From Chiloscyllium plagiosum (taxonomy: Eukaryota): 64,000 bases of DNA. Shown here in pieces: positions 26,063 to 39,495 of this stretch. The DNA is taken from the NCBI RefSeq assembly GCF_004010195.1, contig NC_057755.1:1477306-1541305 (forward strand), read 5' to 3'. The stretch's first letter is position 1, and every line of letters starts with the position of its first letter. A model generated the notes under the pieces. It was not told the origin of the DNA. It saw only the letters and a program-made list of their open reading frames with translations, and made no database searches. A program made the translations under genes and the position numbers.

Positions 26063-27002
26063 GCAAGACAGCAAGATTCCCTGAAGCTTGCAGAAAGTTT
26101 AACCCTTTGTGATTCGGTTTGAATGCACATTTGTTGGTTGGTGATTGAATGTTTGTGTTTTGTTCCCTGGAGCTCGAGATCCGGGTCTGTTTAGAATCTG
26201 ATTTGCACTTCAGAAATTTAACATGAATTATTTTAATAATAAGGATCTTCAGTGATTGTCAAATGAAATATTAACCACTATTCTTCTTACAGGCCATGAC
26301 TGCCCTACTGTCAGTTTCTAACTTCGATTTCAAATTAGTTTCATACGGAGGAAGGCAACATTATAACCTCTTTTAGTTTCAGACTCGTTTGTTTCCACTT
26401 AATTTTAACACTGCTGTGTTTCATAGGTGAATATGATATGCCAATGGTAGCTGTATTGAAGGAGTCCCCTCCCTCAATGATAATTGAGGTTTCGGGTCAA
26501 CATTAGGTTGTGATAAGCCATATAACAAAATTAATGTCCTATGGCTAATACCTGTGTCTTTGGATTCGGCCATTATTTGTGCATTGGAAGATTTTTTTAT
26601 CATCTGTGTGTACAAGACCTTCTAAGGCAGCTGCAGTCATTTCACACCCTATAGCATGATAAATGAGTAATGACTGGTCCCGGAGCACTTAAGGAACCTT
26701 ATCTTGGATTTAAATAAAAGGCTAGAACCGGGTATTTATAGTGGATTTCAAAGTTGGAAACTATATACATTTTACATTTTAAATATTGAATACTGAATAA
26801 ATGATTTTCAAAATTATGTTGATGACTTTTAAAATGCCTTAGTCACGTGTTCCGTCTCCAACTCTGAATTACATATAATGATTATTTTCTTTCTTATTTT
26901 TAATAAACAATTGTATTAGCTCGAATCACAAAATCAAATTTAATTGGCAGGATCGCTAGTTTTATTTCTTTACACATTGTTAGTGACCTGTCTGATTGCC
27001 TC

Positions 27003-28000
27003 ATGGTTAATTTGAAGAATGGCTGCATTAATTCTTTGCTAATTAAGAAAGGAAATATATCTTACTGGCCGGTTGAAGAAATTTTGCATGTGATTGGGGT
27101 TAGAGGTATGTATAGCAGATGGAACTTCCAAAAGCTTGGAGGTGAAAGTGAATGGGTATGTGAAAAAAATAAAAGGGACACGAGAAACAGTGTAAGGTTG
27201 CTCAGGTTGAGAAACATATAAAGTGGGTTAAAAAAACAATATTGTAAAAGAAAGAACTTAGATTCTACTAGGAATCCCGATCCTACGTCTAGCATAACAA
27301 ACTTTTTTGAGGATGGGGATTCTGTTCCTATATACCCGCAGAACCCCTAAAATCTCATTATTGTCCCCAGCCTTAATTTAATCCAGCAACTTGTTGCAAA
27401 CCTTTCCTTCCTTTGAAAATGAAACATTCAATCTTCATAGACGATATCATGGGGATGAGTGGCATGTGCCATTCCAAATCGTCCCATCCGGGAATTAGAG
27501 GTATGTTAATGAAGCATGCCCCTGACCGCAAGGCCAAACTGGTCCAATTTGCTCAATATGTACGAATGTAAATGCAGTGAAATTCTAGGAGTAGGCTGAA
27601 TACGAATGACTTGTGTTACAATACTGAAAGATGCGTTTATGTGTCTGATGGAAGTGATATACAATTGAACCATAATGAAGAAGCTCAATTACCTTTGTTT
27701 ATCCATATACTTTTGGAATGTTTTCCGCCTGGGGTTACTGACAAGATCCAGACCAACAATAAGAAACACTCCAGGAACTTCCAGTTGCAAATGAGGTGAG
27801 CGGTGGTTTTCTATTAGGATGGCCGGAAGCAAACTGACCAACGATGCAAATTTCAGGTAAAACCAATTACATCCAGTGCTCTCACGATACCAAATTCCGT
27901 ATGCCAGCGCTGAGAGGGTTGATTGGAACCAGAATACCTACTGGGCATGGAGCCCACAGCTGGACATCCTGCTCAGGGACAGGCAGGCCCCAGCATTTCA
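27003..28000 (+). pseudogene. gag: Second gag-like region, decayed
   Basis: EWHVPF...MLMKHAPDRKAKLVQFAQYV at 27457-27563 resembles a class I capsid N-terminus; homologous to 18840-18936. Confidence 0.55.
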
Positions 28001-28109
28001 CGTTTGAGACTGAGAACAAGATAGCAACTTCCCCAGGGACAAATGTCTGGCCCTTGCTTTAACTTTTGAAATGTGGCCACTGGGGAGTGATGTGTCTTTG
28101 ATATTACCT

Positions 28110-28383
28110 TGGAGCTGACGTGGGGAATTGACATGCTTTCATCTCAGCAGAAGTAAAATGTACTGATATACATTGACTCTTCATTGTGTTTTTAGTATGA
28201 TCCATGATTTGGGGGCCTTGTGGGAACATTGAAGATTTTTAACCCCAAGGGGTAGCGTTATAGGAATGCTGTTTTGTCCAATCAATCTGGTAATTAACAA
28301 CATGATTCAGCTCATGCCGAGGAACCTGGTAGTGTTTCTGAAGTAGTGAGCAAGTAGATGCAGCTGCCAAGCAGGTAGCCTTA
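28110..28383 (+). pseudogene. pol: Retroviral RNase H remnant of pol
   Basis: VLIYIDS, MIHDLGALWEH*RFLTPRG and QVDAAAKQVA match class I RNase H motifs (IYTDS..HDFGALW..RGFLT; ADxAAKxAA). Confidence 0.85.
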
Positions 28384-28499
28384 CACTCCACATTTCTGGT
28401 GCCAAACCTGGGTAAGGTACAGAAATAACGGGGAAGGCTCTGTTAGGGTACTTCTTCGATATTCAAACCAAAATGTAGGTGACCCTTACTGGACAAGTT

Positions 28500-30660
28500 T
28501 GTGGTCCTTCTTTACTGCTGCCTATTTTAATGGATTATGTGCATTTTGCATATACTTGGGCAAGTGATTTATACTTAATTACAATGGGCACTCCGAGACC
28601 TTCAACCTCGCTGGAAAGGACCCTTCCAGGTATTCCTCACCACTCCAACTGCTGCTAATGTCGCCGAGCGTTCCGCCTGGTTTCATCTCCATTATTGCAA
28701 ATTCATCAGACGAGCCCCTGGCAAGGGGGAAGATAATCAAATCGAAATTGCCCTGCTGTGTGGACTTGCCATTGCCAGCATTGGTGCAAAAGAAGGAACA
28801 GTGTACCCGTGTGATCCTGAACAACCAGAGACTGTGTAACATCTATGCCGAAATGATCTCCTGGTGTGCCCAGAGCATGATTACTTTGATACGTGGAACA
28901 TTTACAGAGCAAGTCTAAATGGTCTTTACCCTGTAAAGGTGTTGTGTGCCAGTTTGATTTTAGTTGCGCTTTGGGCAACCCTGGTAAGCCTTGCCCCTAT
29001 CGAAATAGGTCAAGCCACAAAAGAGAAGATAGTGAAATGTTATCTTTCGCTAACAATTTCTTTATCCAAAGTCACAACAGAATATTTGGCATGGATGAAG
29101 TGGTCTGTTTTGCCCTTACTTCAGCAAAAGATTCTTCGACCTCTTTTCCACTCCCGAATCATAACAAAGGAGTAAAGCATGCTACTAAAGTCTTTATGGG
29201 AGCAACATTTCTTTTGATTATTACCTATGCCCCTGCTAGCTGCTTATGGAGTTCTTCCAATAAGTCCGGAGTAACCTATCACAATTGTTACAATGTCAAA
29301 GGATGGAGGAGTACTTACATTGATGTAAATAAGATTATTCCCTGCACAATGATTAAATGTGCCAGTCGACACTGTTCCTCGCATCTCATGTGTATGCTTT
29401 GGGGAAAAATGTGTCTCTGTTATCACTGGTATCCAGGCCCTTTGTGGAATGAGTAAAATAACCCATATTCATTATGAGAGCCCTAATGGCACCGTCATCT
29501 TCCCAATTGTGTGATTAGATTAGATTACATTACAGTGTGGAAACAGGCCCTTCGGCCCAACAAGTCCACACCGACCCGCCGAAGCGAAACCCACCCATAC
29601 CCCTACATTTACCCCTTATCTAAGACTACGGGCAATTTAGTTTGGCCAATTCACCTGACCCTGCACATCTTTGTGACTGTGGGAGGAAACCGGAGCACCC
29701 GGAGGAAACCCACGCAGACACGGGGAGAACGTGCAAACTCCACACAGTCAGTCGCCTGAGGCGGGAATTGAACCCGGGTCTCTGGTGCTGTGAGGCAGCA
29801 GTGCTAACCACTGTGGGAACAATTCTGGGACAATAACCATATCTCTTTCCAGAAAACCCATCTCTTTGTATTGAACAGTTTTCACCCAAAGCATTCAGGA
29901 AAGCCATACTATGTAACCATGGATTAACCATATGTTCCAGGAAGTCACAGAAATAGGTCTGCTTCTTATTGGGAAACTCCCTACGTAATCTTAACTAAAC
30001 CTGGTTACTATCTTTTCAGTGAAGGTAAGTCAATTAACTATCTTGTCCTTAATGTAATAGGTACTCCCGGACCTATATCTGTGCGAACACTTCTCCTGAC
30101 TACTGTTCCCTGTCCAATTTCTTGGGAATGGAATCTGAATTTCCCAGGGTTCTATGCAAATTTGAAGAAAACGAAGGATTTCAGCATCACTAAGGCTCAC
30201 TCTCTGGGGTATGTATTTCTTAGTATTTTTCTGTAGAAGAGTCTGCAGTAATTATTAGCCATCAAAACTAAAAATTATCTAATTTGCAGTCCACCCTCTT
30301 GAGTAATGAGACGACTGCTGCCTTAACGGGAGTTAAGGACATGTTTTCAGGAATGCGCCTATTTTCCCAATAATACCAATATGCCCTCGATTACACACTT
30401 GCAAGGAAAGCTGAAGTTTGTGCCATAGTCAAAGGCAAATGCATCATGAGGATCACTGACCTCACTGAGAATATTTCCACGCACGTAGATAACATCCGTA
30501 CTTTCTATTATTAACTTGTATTGACAGCATCAGTTCCATGCTTCTTCTCCATTCAGATGAAGATGAGGAGGCGCCATTGCCTACCACTATTTCATCCCCG
30601 GAAGAGGAGGAAGTACGGCAGGCTCTGGCGTATATTCGATTGGATTGGTTTACTTTATGC
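28500..30660 (+). pseudogene. env: Retroviral env, disrupted by stops, frameshifts and a SINE
   Basis: Cys-rich SU-like ORFs 28658-28918 and 28893-29456. From 30302: SNETTAALTGVKDMFSGMRLFSQ*YQYALDYTLARKAEVCAIVKGKCIMRITDLTENIS, i.e. heptad, immunosuppressive-domain-like motif and CX6C. Confidence 0.85.
29512..29815 (-). mobile_element. HE1-type V-SINE inserted in env
   Basis: Reverse complement of the 22081 family, with (AATCT)n tail and A/B boxes. Confidence 0.9.
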
Positions 30661-30705
30661 CCTCGCTGCCTATGGTGAAGTCATGGAATGACCAAAGAGT
30701 GGTGC

Positions 30706-31331
30706 TGAGGATCTAAAATTTAGCCTGTTTTCAGGAGCAACCATTTAAGGCTTGCTTTTACTAATTACAAAATGGCTTTTCAATGCAAGTAACATAAAGT
30801 AACACAATAAAATGCTTGGTTTTTCTATCGGCTGCAAATTAGCAGTGTTTAAAATGGCTTTTCACCATGTTAAAATCTGCATTTCTGAGCTAACTGAATC
30901 AAAGATTAGCAGACAATGCTCCCTTCACAGTTTGGCATTAACTAAGCTAGATAGGACATTACTAACCATCCTAACTAACATTGAAGACGCATGTGAAGAG
31001 AGATAGCGTGTGCAAAACAACGTTGGTTCCCAGGAAATGCCATTGGGTTAACCTACTGTCCATAATGTCATTTTATTACACTTTGTTGGAGTTAGTCTGT
31101 AATTACAACTGTATTATTTCTTAAGAACTATTTAAAAATTGCCTTTCTTTCGACCTACTTTGCGCAGGTTCTCCAAGGAATACAGACACTTTTAAACTCT
31201 ATGTTGCTGGATCACCTGTGTCTGGCCGATACTGATTAAAGTGTGAAATCTTGTTGAAGCTGACCGAACTCCTAATATTCATTTCACCGATCGCGGAACC
31301 GAGAGACCATTGCCAAGGTTCGAGATCTTCA
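30706..31331 (+). repeat. ERV 3' LTR (626 bp)
   Basis: TGAGGATCT...AGATCTTCA terminal inverted repeat; preceded by purine-rich aaagagtggtgc; ATTAAA at ~31235. Confidence 0.9.
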
Positions 31332-31389
31332 TGGCCACCCCACCCCACCACCAGCACCCCCACCATCCCCACACCCCCAACTCCACCAT

Positions 31390-32720
31390 TATTAGTTTCA
31401 ATATACCTAAGTACCTTGAAGAACTCTCCCTGACTGTAAGTTATTTTTTCTTCAACTTCAGGCGCAATCTGTCCTCGTTATACAGGTCACTTATACCCCA
31501 AGAAATATTCCAATGATTCAAAAATGTGAACCTTGCTGCATTGCACCAGCTCCTCAGCCCCGTAAGCGTCTGCTCTATCCTTCTATTCGTACACTCACTA
31601 GGTCGTGTCAACAAGAGTAATCCATATATTTGTATCCTGAAAGACTCCTTCCAAATTCCTGCCTAACCTCTTATATTCTACCTTTAGAATTTCACCTTTT
31701 TTCCTTCTTATGTCATTAGTTTCAATGTACACAATGACCTCCTGCTGATCCACTCCCGTTTGAAAAATATTTTGCAGCATCTCCAAGACATCCTTAATCC
31801 TGGCACCAACGAGTATTCAGGTGCTCTTGGCCGCAGAAATATCTGTCTGTTGCTCTGACGAGATAGACCCCTATCACAATTGATCGCTTGGAACCTGACA
31901 TGCCCCGCGTTACATTAGAGCCATGTCGTGGTACCAGAAGCTCGGTTCTTGGTGCTACATTCCCCTCATACCACATCACCCCCTACATTTTCCAAAACAG
32001 CCTACCTGTTTAAAATCGGGATGCAACATGAGAATCCTCACCATCTATCACCCTCTCCTGCCTTTTCTGGAGTTAACCCATCGACCTGATTTTGTCTGCT
32101 TTTGTTCTCTTTTCCGATATCCGCCATCCATCAGACCCACTATCTCCCGAAAATTCCTCATTGCCTCTAACTGTTACTCCAACCGATCCATGCGATCTGA
32201 TAGGATTCACAACCAATCATATTTATTGCTGACATAATCATCAGTAACATGGAAGTCCTCTCGAATCTCATACATCTGACAGGAAGATGTACACTACCAA
32301 AGGCCATCTTTGCACCTTGATAATCTACAGGTCCAGGAAATACCGCAGTCTTGCTGCTCCCACCTAATGAATTGCCGATGATTTATATTTTTACATTTCA
32401 ATCAAGCGACAGATCTCATTAAAACCTATAATCAAAAAGAATTCACTCGATTAAATATTGTAGGTTTACAATAAAAGTTCAGCAAGATTACATTTAAAGA
32501 CCATGCACTTCTCTGCTCCTGTGCTGTGAACTCTCCAACACAGGTTCCTTCTTTTTAAAATTACGTTGCTTTGATCTTACTTTTCTCCAATTTTCCAAAA
32601 CAATATAACATTTCAGGAAGCAATAATTGCTATTCCACGATTTTGGGGTAGTCAGGGCTGACACTTAAAACACCTGAAAAATCGTGCAACTCTCACAGCC
32701 AAAATCTTTTCCCGTCCTCC
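31390..32720 (-). mobile_element. CR1 ORF1 and 5' UTR remnant
   Basis: Esterase-like ORF1 pieces (SIVIGVYLVRATDRYFCG, EVIVYIETNDIRRK); homologous to 150-1150 and 52980-54500. Confidence 0.75.
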
Positions 32721-35700
32721 AATTAGGATTACCTGGAATCGTCTGGCCACTATATGACAAAAAAAAACGTGAGTTGTTGCACTTGAGAAGATGTAATCGC
32801 TTGAAAGACAGTGGTAACAGAGCTGAGAAAAGTTTGTTTCACTACTAAAGGTGCAAACCACGATTTGACCCCTCTCTATGATAAAAAACTGAAGATCTAT
32901 TAACTCACTGAATCCCACATAATTTCTTTTGGAATGAGAACATTTTCTTGTCAGGTTTAGCAGATGTTCTAATTTGAATTGGACATTCAGTCAGCAAATA
33001 ATGTAAAATGTAATTAGTTAGAAGTGACTTTTTATTGCATTTTCTGCATTATTTGACTCAAATCGTTTCGAATGTGCTTGTTCATAATTTATGAATAAAC
33101 TACACAATGCAAAACAAAACAGCCAGTTCATTACTCTAATGACTGCATGTGGCAGCTCCAATCCATTGTATAATAAAATATGATATGATAAAAATCAGAT
33201 CACTCTAACCCTCTATTTTCTCCTAATTATGTCAGGACAATTAACTATTAAATTGATAATCCGAATACTCAATAGTTCATAGATAGGAGAAGATTTCATA
33301 ATTCTTCTTTTATAAAAAAAATTACGTTGTAATGAGATAATTAAACAAAGTAAGCAATATTAACCTAATGACTTGATAATTTCTTATGTTTTAAGGTAAG
33401 TTAATGATATTCCTCCCCTTGTAAAATTGCTTTCTGCATTCTAAAATAAAGTGAAGTTACAAACACTCCTTCAGGGAACAACTGGAATTTGGCCACAGTG
33501 AATTCAAGTCACATCATCTTCTGAATGAGATGGTAGGTCTCCTGTCCTTGATAATCCGCCCATCATTTGTTTTATATTCACTCTGCATCTGCTAGTAACT
33601 GGTTCTGCGTCCAGGGAGATAGGTCTCGAATTGAGACCCTGATTATTTTATATATGCCGCTCATGTCAAATCACATGCACCTCTGTTTAGGGAAAATAGC
33701 ACAACCTTATGCATCTTTCCTCAATGCTGCAGTAATTTACAAAGGCTAACACCATTCTTGTAAATCTTTTGTGCACTCTCCTGAGAGCAATTCTGTTCCC
33801 ACTGCTTGCTGATGATGAAAAGGCCAGGCAGCATGCGAGGAGCAGTAGAATAAGGCCTTATGCCAAATACGTCGATTCTCCTGCTGCCCATTTGCTGGCT
33901 GACCTGCTATGCTTTTTCAACAATGCACTCTCGACTCTGATCTCCAGTTTCTGCAGTTCTCACTGCTCGTTGATGACCAGTACTCTGCGCAAAAACCTAC
34001 GTGTGTGAGCCACCCAGTGTCTCATGTAGTTACAGTGTTACAGGTCTGACTGGGGCTGAGGGAAATTGTTTTGCGTTGGCTGTGGTGTAGAGTGATAGAG
34101 TAGTTACTTCTGGAGGGCTAATATGGAATTACATCTCAGTGTAGACAGCTGAACAGGATCTGCGGCATTTAATGGATCCGGATGGATATCATTCAGGCAC
34201 AATCTATTTGAAGTGGGGTGAGTTTATCAGTTTCTTGGGAGTTAATCTCAGAGTTTAATAGCCTCTCTTCTGTTCTGACACCAGCTGATTAACGACGGAA
34301 TAAGCCAGGTCCGAGACAAAAATCCAGCTTGATGGATGATAGCCTTATTTGTTTTGATTTCGTAAAGTATTCTCTTGCTGAATCGCAAACACACAATGCT
34401 GAACATTTCCCGCAACAAAACAGAAATTTATTGCAAAAGAAGTGACGATAAAATAGAATAAACCAAACTAAGTACTTACTTTGCAAATTCAAAGGCAATG
34501 AATACGCAGTAAATGTTTAATTCTCATTAAGTTCAAAACAATGCATAAATGAAACGGAAGGACTCGACTTCTAGATTTTATACAAAACACGACCCCCAGT
34601 GCCATTCCAAAGAAAACAATCCCTATGAAAAATTCATACGAGAATCCCTGTATCTATCACTTGGTTAGATGACTTTTGCATGCCACCTCTAAACTGGAAC
34701 TGCAATAAATTTCTTCCTGAAATTACCACGTACATGCGTCTCAATCTTCTCAGGTTTAAACACTCTCTTCTGAGCTTTTCCTTGTGCCAACACTTCTGTC
34801 TGGGACCAAAACAGCATTTTCATTCCAAGGCAATGCAATTTACTAAAGCTGTCATTTCCTTCGCATGAGCACAGATTCTTACGTCAACTAAGTTCCAGGG
34901 CCATACAGAAAATAAAAGAAAAGAGAAAAATGTTTGAAGTGAAAGTAATGCTTTCTCAGGTCAGGGTTTCCTCTTTAATCAGAAATTCCAGAATTCTCCA
35001 ACACAACTTTCAGGCTCCATTCATACCATGCTGGATTGCAAGAATCAAAAATAAACAAAGGGTCACTGGTGCACAAAACCATTCAGCTCAATGCCAAGCA
35101 CCAAACACAAGTTTTAAAACAAATTGCTGTGATTTCAGGAATAAATTCAAGTTAACAAATAACTTCAGATGCACAGAGAAGCCCACTGCATAATCACTCA
35201 AAAAAACCCAAACTCAAACTAAATGATTTTGCACTGCCTACATATAAATGGAACAGCTTATACTTCTCCAAAGTGATCCTTTTTTTAATTCCACTGAAAT
35301 TATCCGTAGTCTCCGATTGAAATGGATATTTCTGGAAGGTTCCCAGAAGAGATGCATAATTTCACAGTCAATTCCTGTGGTAGCTGTGATGATGGGGATT
35401 CCAAGGTTATCTATAATCTGAGACTATTTACTGATAGCCTGCCACTGTGTGACCTTTGGGCATGCAACATTGTCAGTGGTGGAGTGACACTGCAGAGAAT
35501 CCTCACACAGATTCACATAAATTCAATGGTGTAAGGCACTTACCAGGAATTGTTACAATCGAAAAGGCCATGTGAAATATTCCGCAGATGATGAAATGAG
35601 AATGTAATTTTTTGCCTGAATGTCTTCATGCAGGCAATATCTTTGTACTCAATGCTGAGGTGATTCAGCCTCAAAGCCTTTCATTTATGCCTGCACATGC

Positions 35701-35989
35701 TGACATGGCCTGGGGGACTGTCACATTACAATGTGTTTCAATCCATATATTTAAGAATTTGATCAAGCAGGTGACAACGATGAGTTAACTCCTAGTTGTC
35801 ACAGAGTTTAGTTAGAACAGATATTTATTGGATGATACAAATCTCAATAGGTCTATACAAGGATGCAGAAATGTCAAATTCTGGAAACGTTTGAGCGGGA
35901 GTCAATGTTGTCAATGAGGTCTGCAGTGATTGGGAAATGAGAATTGGTGTGAGGACTCATAAAAGACACAAAGCAGATAACAGGAATAG

Positions 35990-36209
35990 CTGGAAATGTG
36001 TTGCTGGAAAAGCGCAGTAGGTCAGGCAGCATCCAGGGAACAGGAGAATCGACGTTTCGGGCATAAGCCCTTCTTCTTTATGAAGAAGGGCTTATTCCCG
36101 AAACATCGATTCTCCTGTTCCCTGGATGCTGCCTGACCTGCTGCGCATTTTCCAGCAACACATTTCCAGCTCTGATCTCCAGCATCTGCAGACCTCACTT
36201 TCTCCTCAA
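35990..36209. mobile_element. Penelope-like-derived palindromic insertion
   Basis: Inverted arms of about 85-90 bp around 36078; 15-bp TSD AGATAACAGGAATAG (35975-35989, 36210-36224). The hammerhead core is clipped at the inversion point. Confidence 0.8.
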
Positions 36210-37689
36210 AGATAACAGGAATAGGCATGTCATATTTATTTTGTTGAGCTGGTATGAGTGAATGACACAAGGATCATTTTTGCAGACTCAGCCATTTATA
36301 ATCTCTACCATCGACTGAAATATGCAATCATGTGTGATCTTTGTTGATAGCAAAATGTTCAGTGAGACAGTAAAAGACAAGGAGGACAAAAGTACACTGA
36401 GAAAGGGAAGGACAGGTTCTGTGAGTAAATGAGCAGAACTAATCCTTGCAACATAATGTAGAGAAATGTGAGGCATTCTTCATTCATTTCAGTCTTGGAA
36501 AGATTTCAGATCATCTGTAAGGTGTAGTGGGCGCGGGAAAATGTGAAAGTGAAGATCCCGAGGTCCTGGCCACATTGGCACCAAACCTTCAGAGTCTGGC
36601 ATCCTGTCATTAATCACTCTTTATTTAAAAATGCAGAGCCTTTGAGAGAATCCTCTCACTGATTCAGGTATTCAGCACATCAATATTTCTTGCATTCACC
36701 CTTCAGAATCACCCAAATCTTCCTGATTGACACAGACTAACAACCCCAATCAGGGATTTCATATACAATAATGCCTAGATACCCGACCTCATGACAATCA
36801 TTATCAGAAGAAAAAAACAATGAGTTTCGAAGGTAGAAATGAGCAAACGGTCAAGAAATTGAAAAGCTGATCCTCGGTTGATTCCGAGTGCTCATTAGGC
36901 CGAAGAATGTGTGGCTTGAGATATTGGTTCCAGGAGAAAGGTCTTTGGATATCTCCATTACTGGAAATGTTTCGCAGACTGGGTCGATCTGAATATATTG
37001 TGTTTTTTTTTAAATGGACGGGATTGCTATACAGCTGGGGAGACATACTATCATTGTTCGGGAATATTTAATCAGACCTATCAAAGGTTTGGAATCTGGG
37101 ATCAAGCTCAGTTTGGAGGGAAATGGAATCTGGCCATGGGAAGTAGATTATCTGTGAGTGAAAAAGAAAAGCAGCAGAATCACATGCTGGATCTCTTGAG
37201 GTGTTGTGCTTCTGAATCCACGTCTTCAGGATCAAACACTTCCCTCCCATGCCTCACAGATTTAGGGACAGAGTTCGTTCCAGCGCGTTACTTGTTGATT
37301 ATCGGGGAATTCTCAATAGCATATGCGTTGAATGATGGAGTTACTGTTGAAACCTAACTTTTTCGTTCAACCTTGTCATTCTGATGATGTGCGAGTTATT
37401 TGTTCAGAAACAGACTAATTTGTTACATCTCGTAACATTGAATTGACACAAGAGCATAGATTTAGGCATGTAGCAATTTCTTATAAACTTTTCCAAAAGT
37501 TACCAACCAAATGAGAACAGCATTATATCACAATAACATTGTATTTGAGAAGAACGACCACAAAATGCTCAAATTGTTAATTAAGATGAACACTGATGAA
37601 ATTGCATTTTCAACTCAGAACTCTGAAACTCAATAAAGAGAACAACAAGGAATTGATGCATAAATGGGCAAAAATAGGTTGATTTCTCT

Positions 37690-38420
37690 GTGGATAGGCA
37701 ATGCACAGCAGTATCCAATTACAGGTCCTCTCACCAAAGCCATATTTTGAGAGTACACAAATGCATTCACCTGGTCCAGGCTGATATGGCAGGTTTCCAA
37801 ACTCACAATCCAACATGTAGACAATTATATTGCTGAGGAGCGTGAGGCTCTCAGAGATCATCTTGCCCTGGACAACACAGATTGTTCGGGGTGAATCACT
37901 GATCGCACAGTAGACCTGATCTAGTTGGCGATTTTCTCAGGTAGTATTCTGTAAGATGCATTTAGCAGTGAAACTTGTCGTCAGGCCTCCCTGTCCCCTT
38001 TTTAATTGTCGGTAAGCGGGATGATCACTTTCCTGTTAGGTTCACTCATGACCAGGACAATCAAGTGCCACAGAGTGGAAAACAACTCAGGCATCACTTC
38101 TGGCAATTGTACTATTTTCTAAGAACTTGAGGGCGTTGGGCAGCTCCACCAGAGGTAACTGCTGGTGCAGATTCTCCCGTCTGCTGTCGTCTAAGATCTC
38201 CGTGATAGAAGACAGGAACAACTGAGAGGACGCGCTGACTGAAAGCTTTATGTCAAGGACTTGCTGATCCTTAGGACGTTCTTCCCTGTGGTCGCTCTGT
38301 CAGTAGAAACCCTTTCAATCCAGACTCATCCGAAAATTAGACCCAAAGCCTGGCTTCACCAACAAAGATTGCTTGATCTGTTCCTTTTACCACAACTGTC
38401 TCAAAGGCCATAGGGTATTC
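37690..38420 (-). mobile_element. Tx1/L1-clade RT fragment, decayed
   Basis: ORF pieces MISESLTLL.., HISLDQVNAF..SQNMALVRG; same region as 11530-12110 in opposite orientation. Confidence 0.7.
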
Positions 38421-39179
38421 TCAGCAAACAATTCCCAGTTAAGTGCTCGAAACCCAATTGATTAAAAGAATAAAAAATAACAAAATATCAGTGAAGGTTC
38501 TATCACCTCTGTTTCCCTTCATTTCTGGTGTATTGTTCACCTTCATGTTTGTCAAGTCATTTTGGGGACATGAATAGGAAGGGGGGGTTTGGCGGTACAT
38601 GCAACAAATAGGACAATTTATTATATCTGATTGGCATGGATTAATTGGATTTGATTGATTTATTGTCAAGTACAGAATTGCAGTGAAAAGCTTAGGTTTA
38701 TGAGCAGCTTGGGAAAATCATATGAAGCAAGGATATACAGAACAATCGATTTTGACAGAGGCAGACAGGTCACATTTCACAAGGCGTAAAGAGACACCAG
38801 CGTGAGAAAGGTCTGCATTACTTGAGTGAAGAGAGTCCATTCAATAGTCTAATAACGGCTGGGCAGAAGCTGGAACTGATCCTGTTACAGAATTGTGTGT
38901 GTGTTCAGGCTTCTGTACCTTCTGCCTGACGCATGACGTAGTAGGGGATCATTACCGGGGTGGGAGGGGAGTAATCGAGTCCAGAGATAGAAGTTTTGCT
39001 CACGGAATGGCCTGGGTGTTCAGGATGTCAGATTGGGATGACGTATTATATTTATGCAGGTAATGTTTTGATTGAATGAATAACAATTTTTATTTTCGTT
39101 GCTGATTACGACTACAGTCCGTTTGATTTAATTCAACCCCTTCTCCAGCTTCTTACGCCAGAGGAGGGCATTCAGCAGC

Positions 39180-39495
39180 TGGAGACGATGGCCAAGTGAC
39201 ATTTTCACTGGACTGTAAATCTAGAGACCCAGGCAATATTCTGGGGACCCAGACACAGCAGATGGCTGCATTTGAGTTCAAAGAAAGATTGGAAATATAG
39301 AGTCTAATGATGACCAATTGTCAGTACACTCATACCCTTTTCAGAGAGAAATTGCCATCCTCCCCTGATCAGTACTACACGTAACTTCAAACCCAAACAA
39401 TGTGGTTCACACTTACCAGCTCTGTAGGCAATTAGGGATCGGCGATAAATGCTGGTGCTAGATAGCGACGCCCTCATCCCCTGAATGAATGAAAG
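39180..39495 (+). mobile_element. Old SINE-like repeat whose 3' tail matches the LINE at 60880-62200
   Basis: Tail ggcaattagggat..ataaatgctgg..catcccctgaatgaat resembles the reverse complement of 60880-60950. Confidence 0.5.

Larger units (their letters stand above)
23499..31331 (+). mobile_element. Class I (gamma/epsilon-like) endogenous retrovirus, decayed, pol largely deleted
   Basis: Paired LTRs, PBS-His, gag-like motifs, RNase H motifs, env ISD and a purine-rich tract before the 3' LTR. Confidence 0.9.

Noticed and set aside
25745..26130. His/Thr-rich ORFs
   Set aside because: Translations of the (TG/TGAG)n microsatellite.
26400..27560. Antisense ORF shared by both ERV copies (DQSLLIY.AIG.EMTAA)
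   Set aside because: Many stops; similarity is expected from shared ancestry, and the plus strand carries the recognisable start, splice and capsid-like signals.
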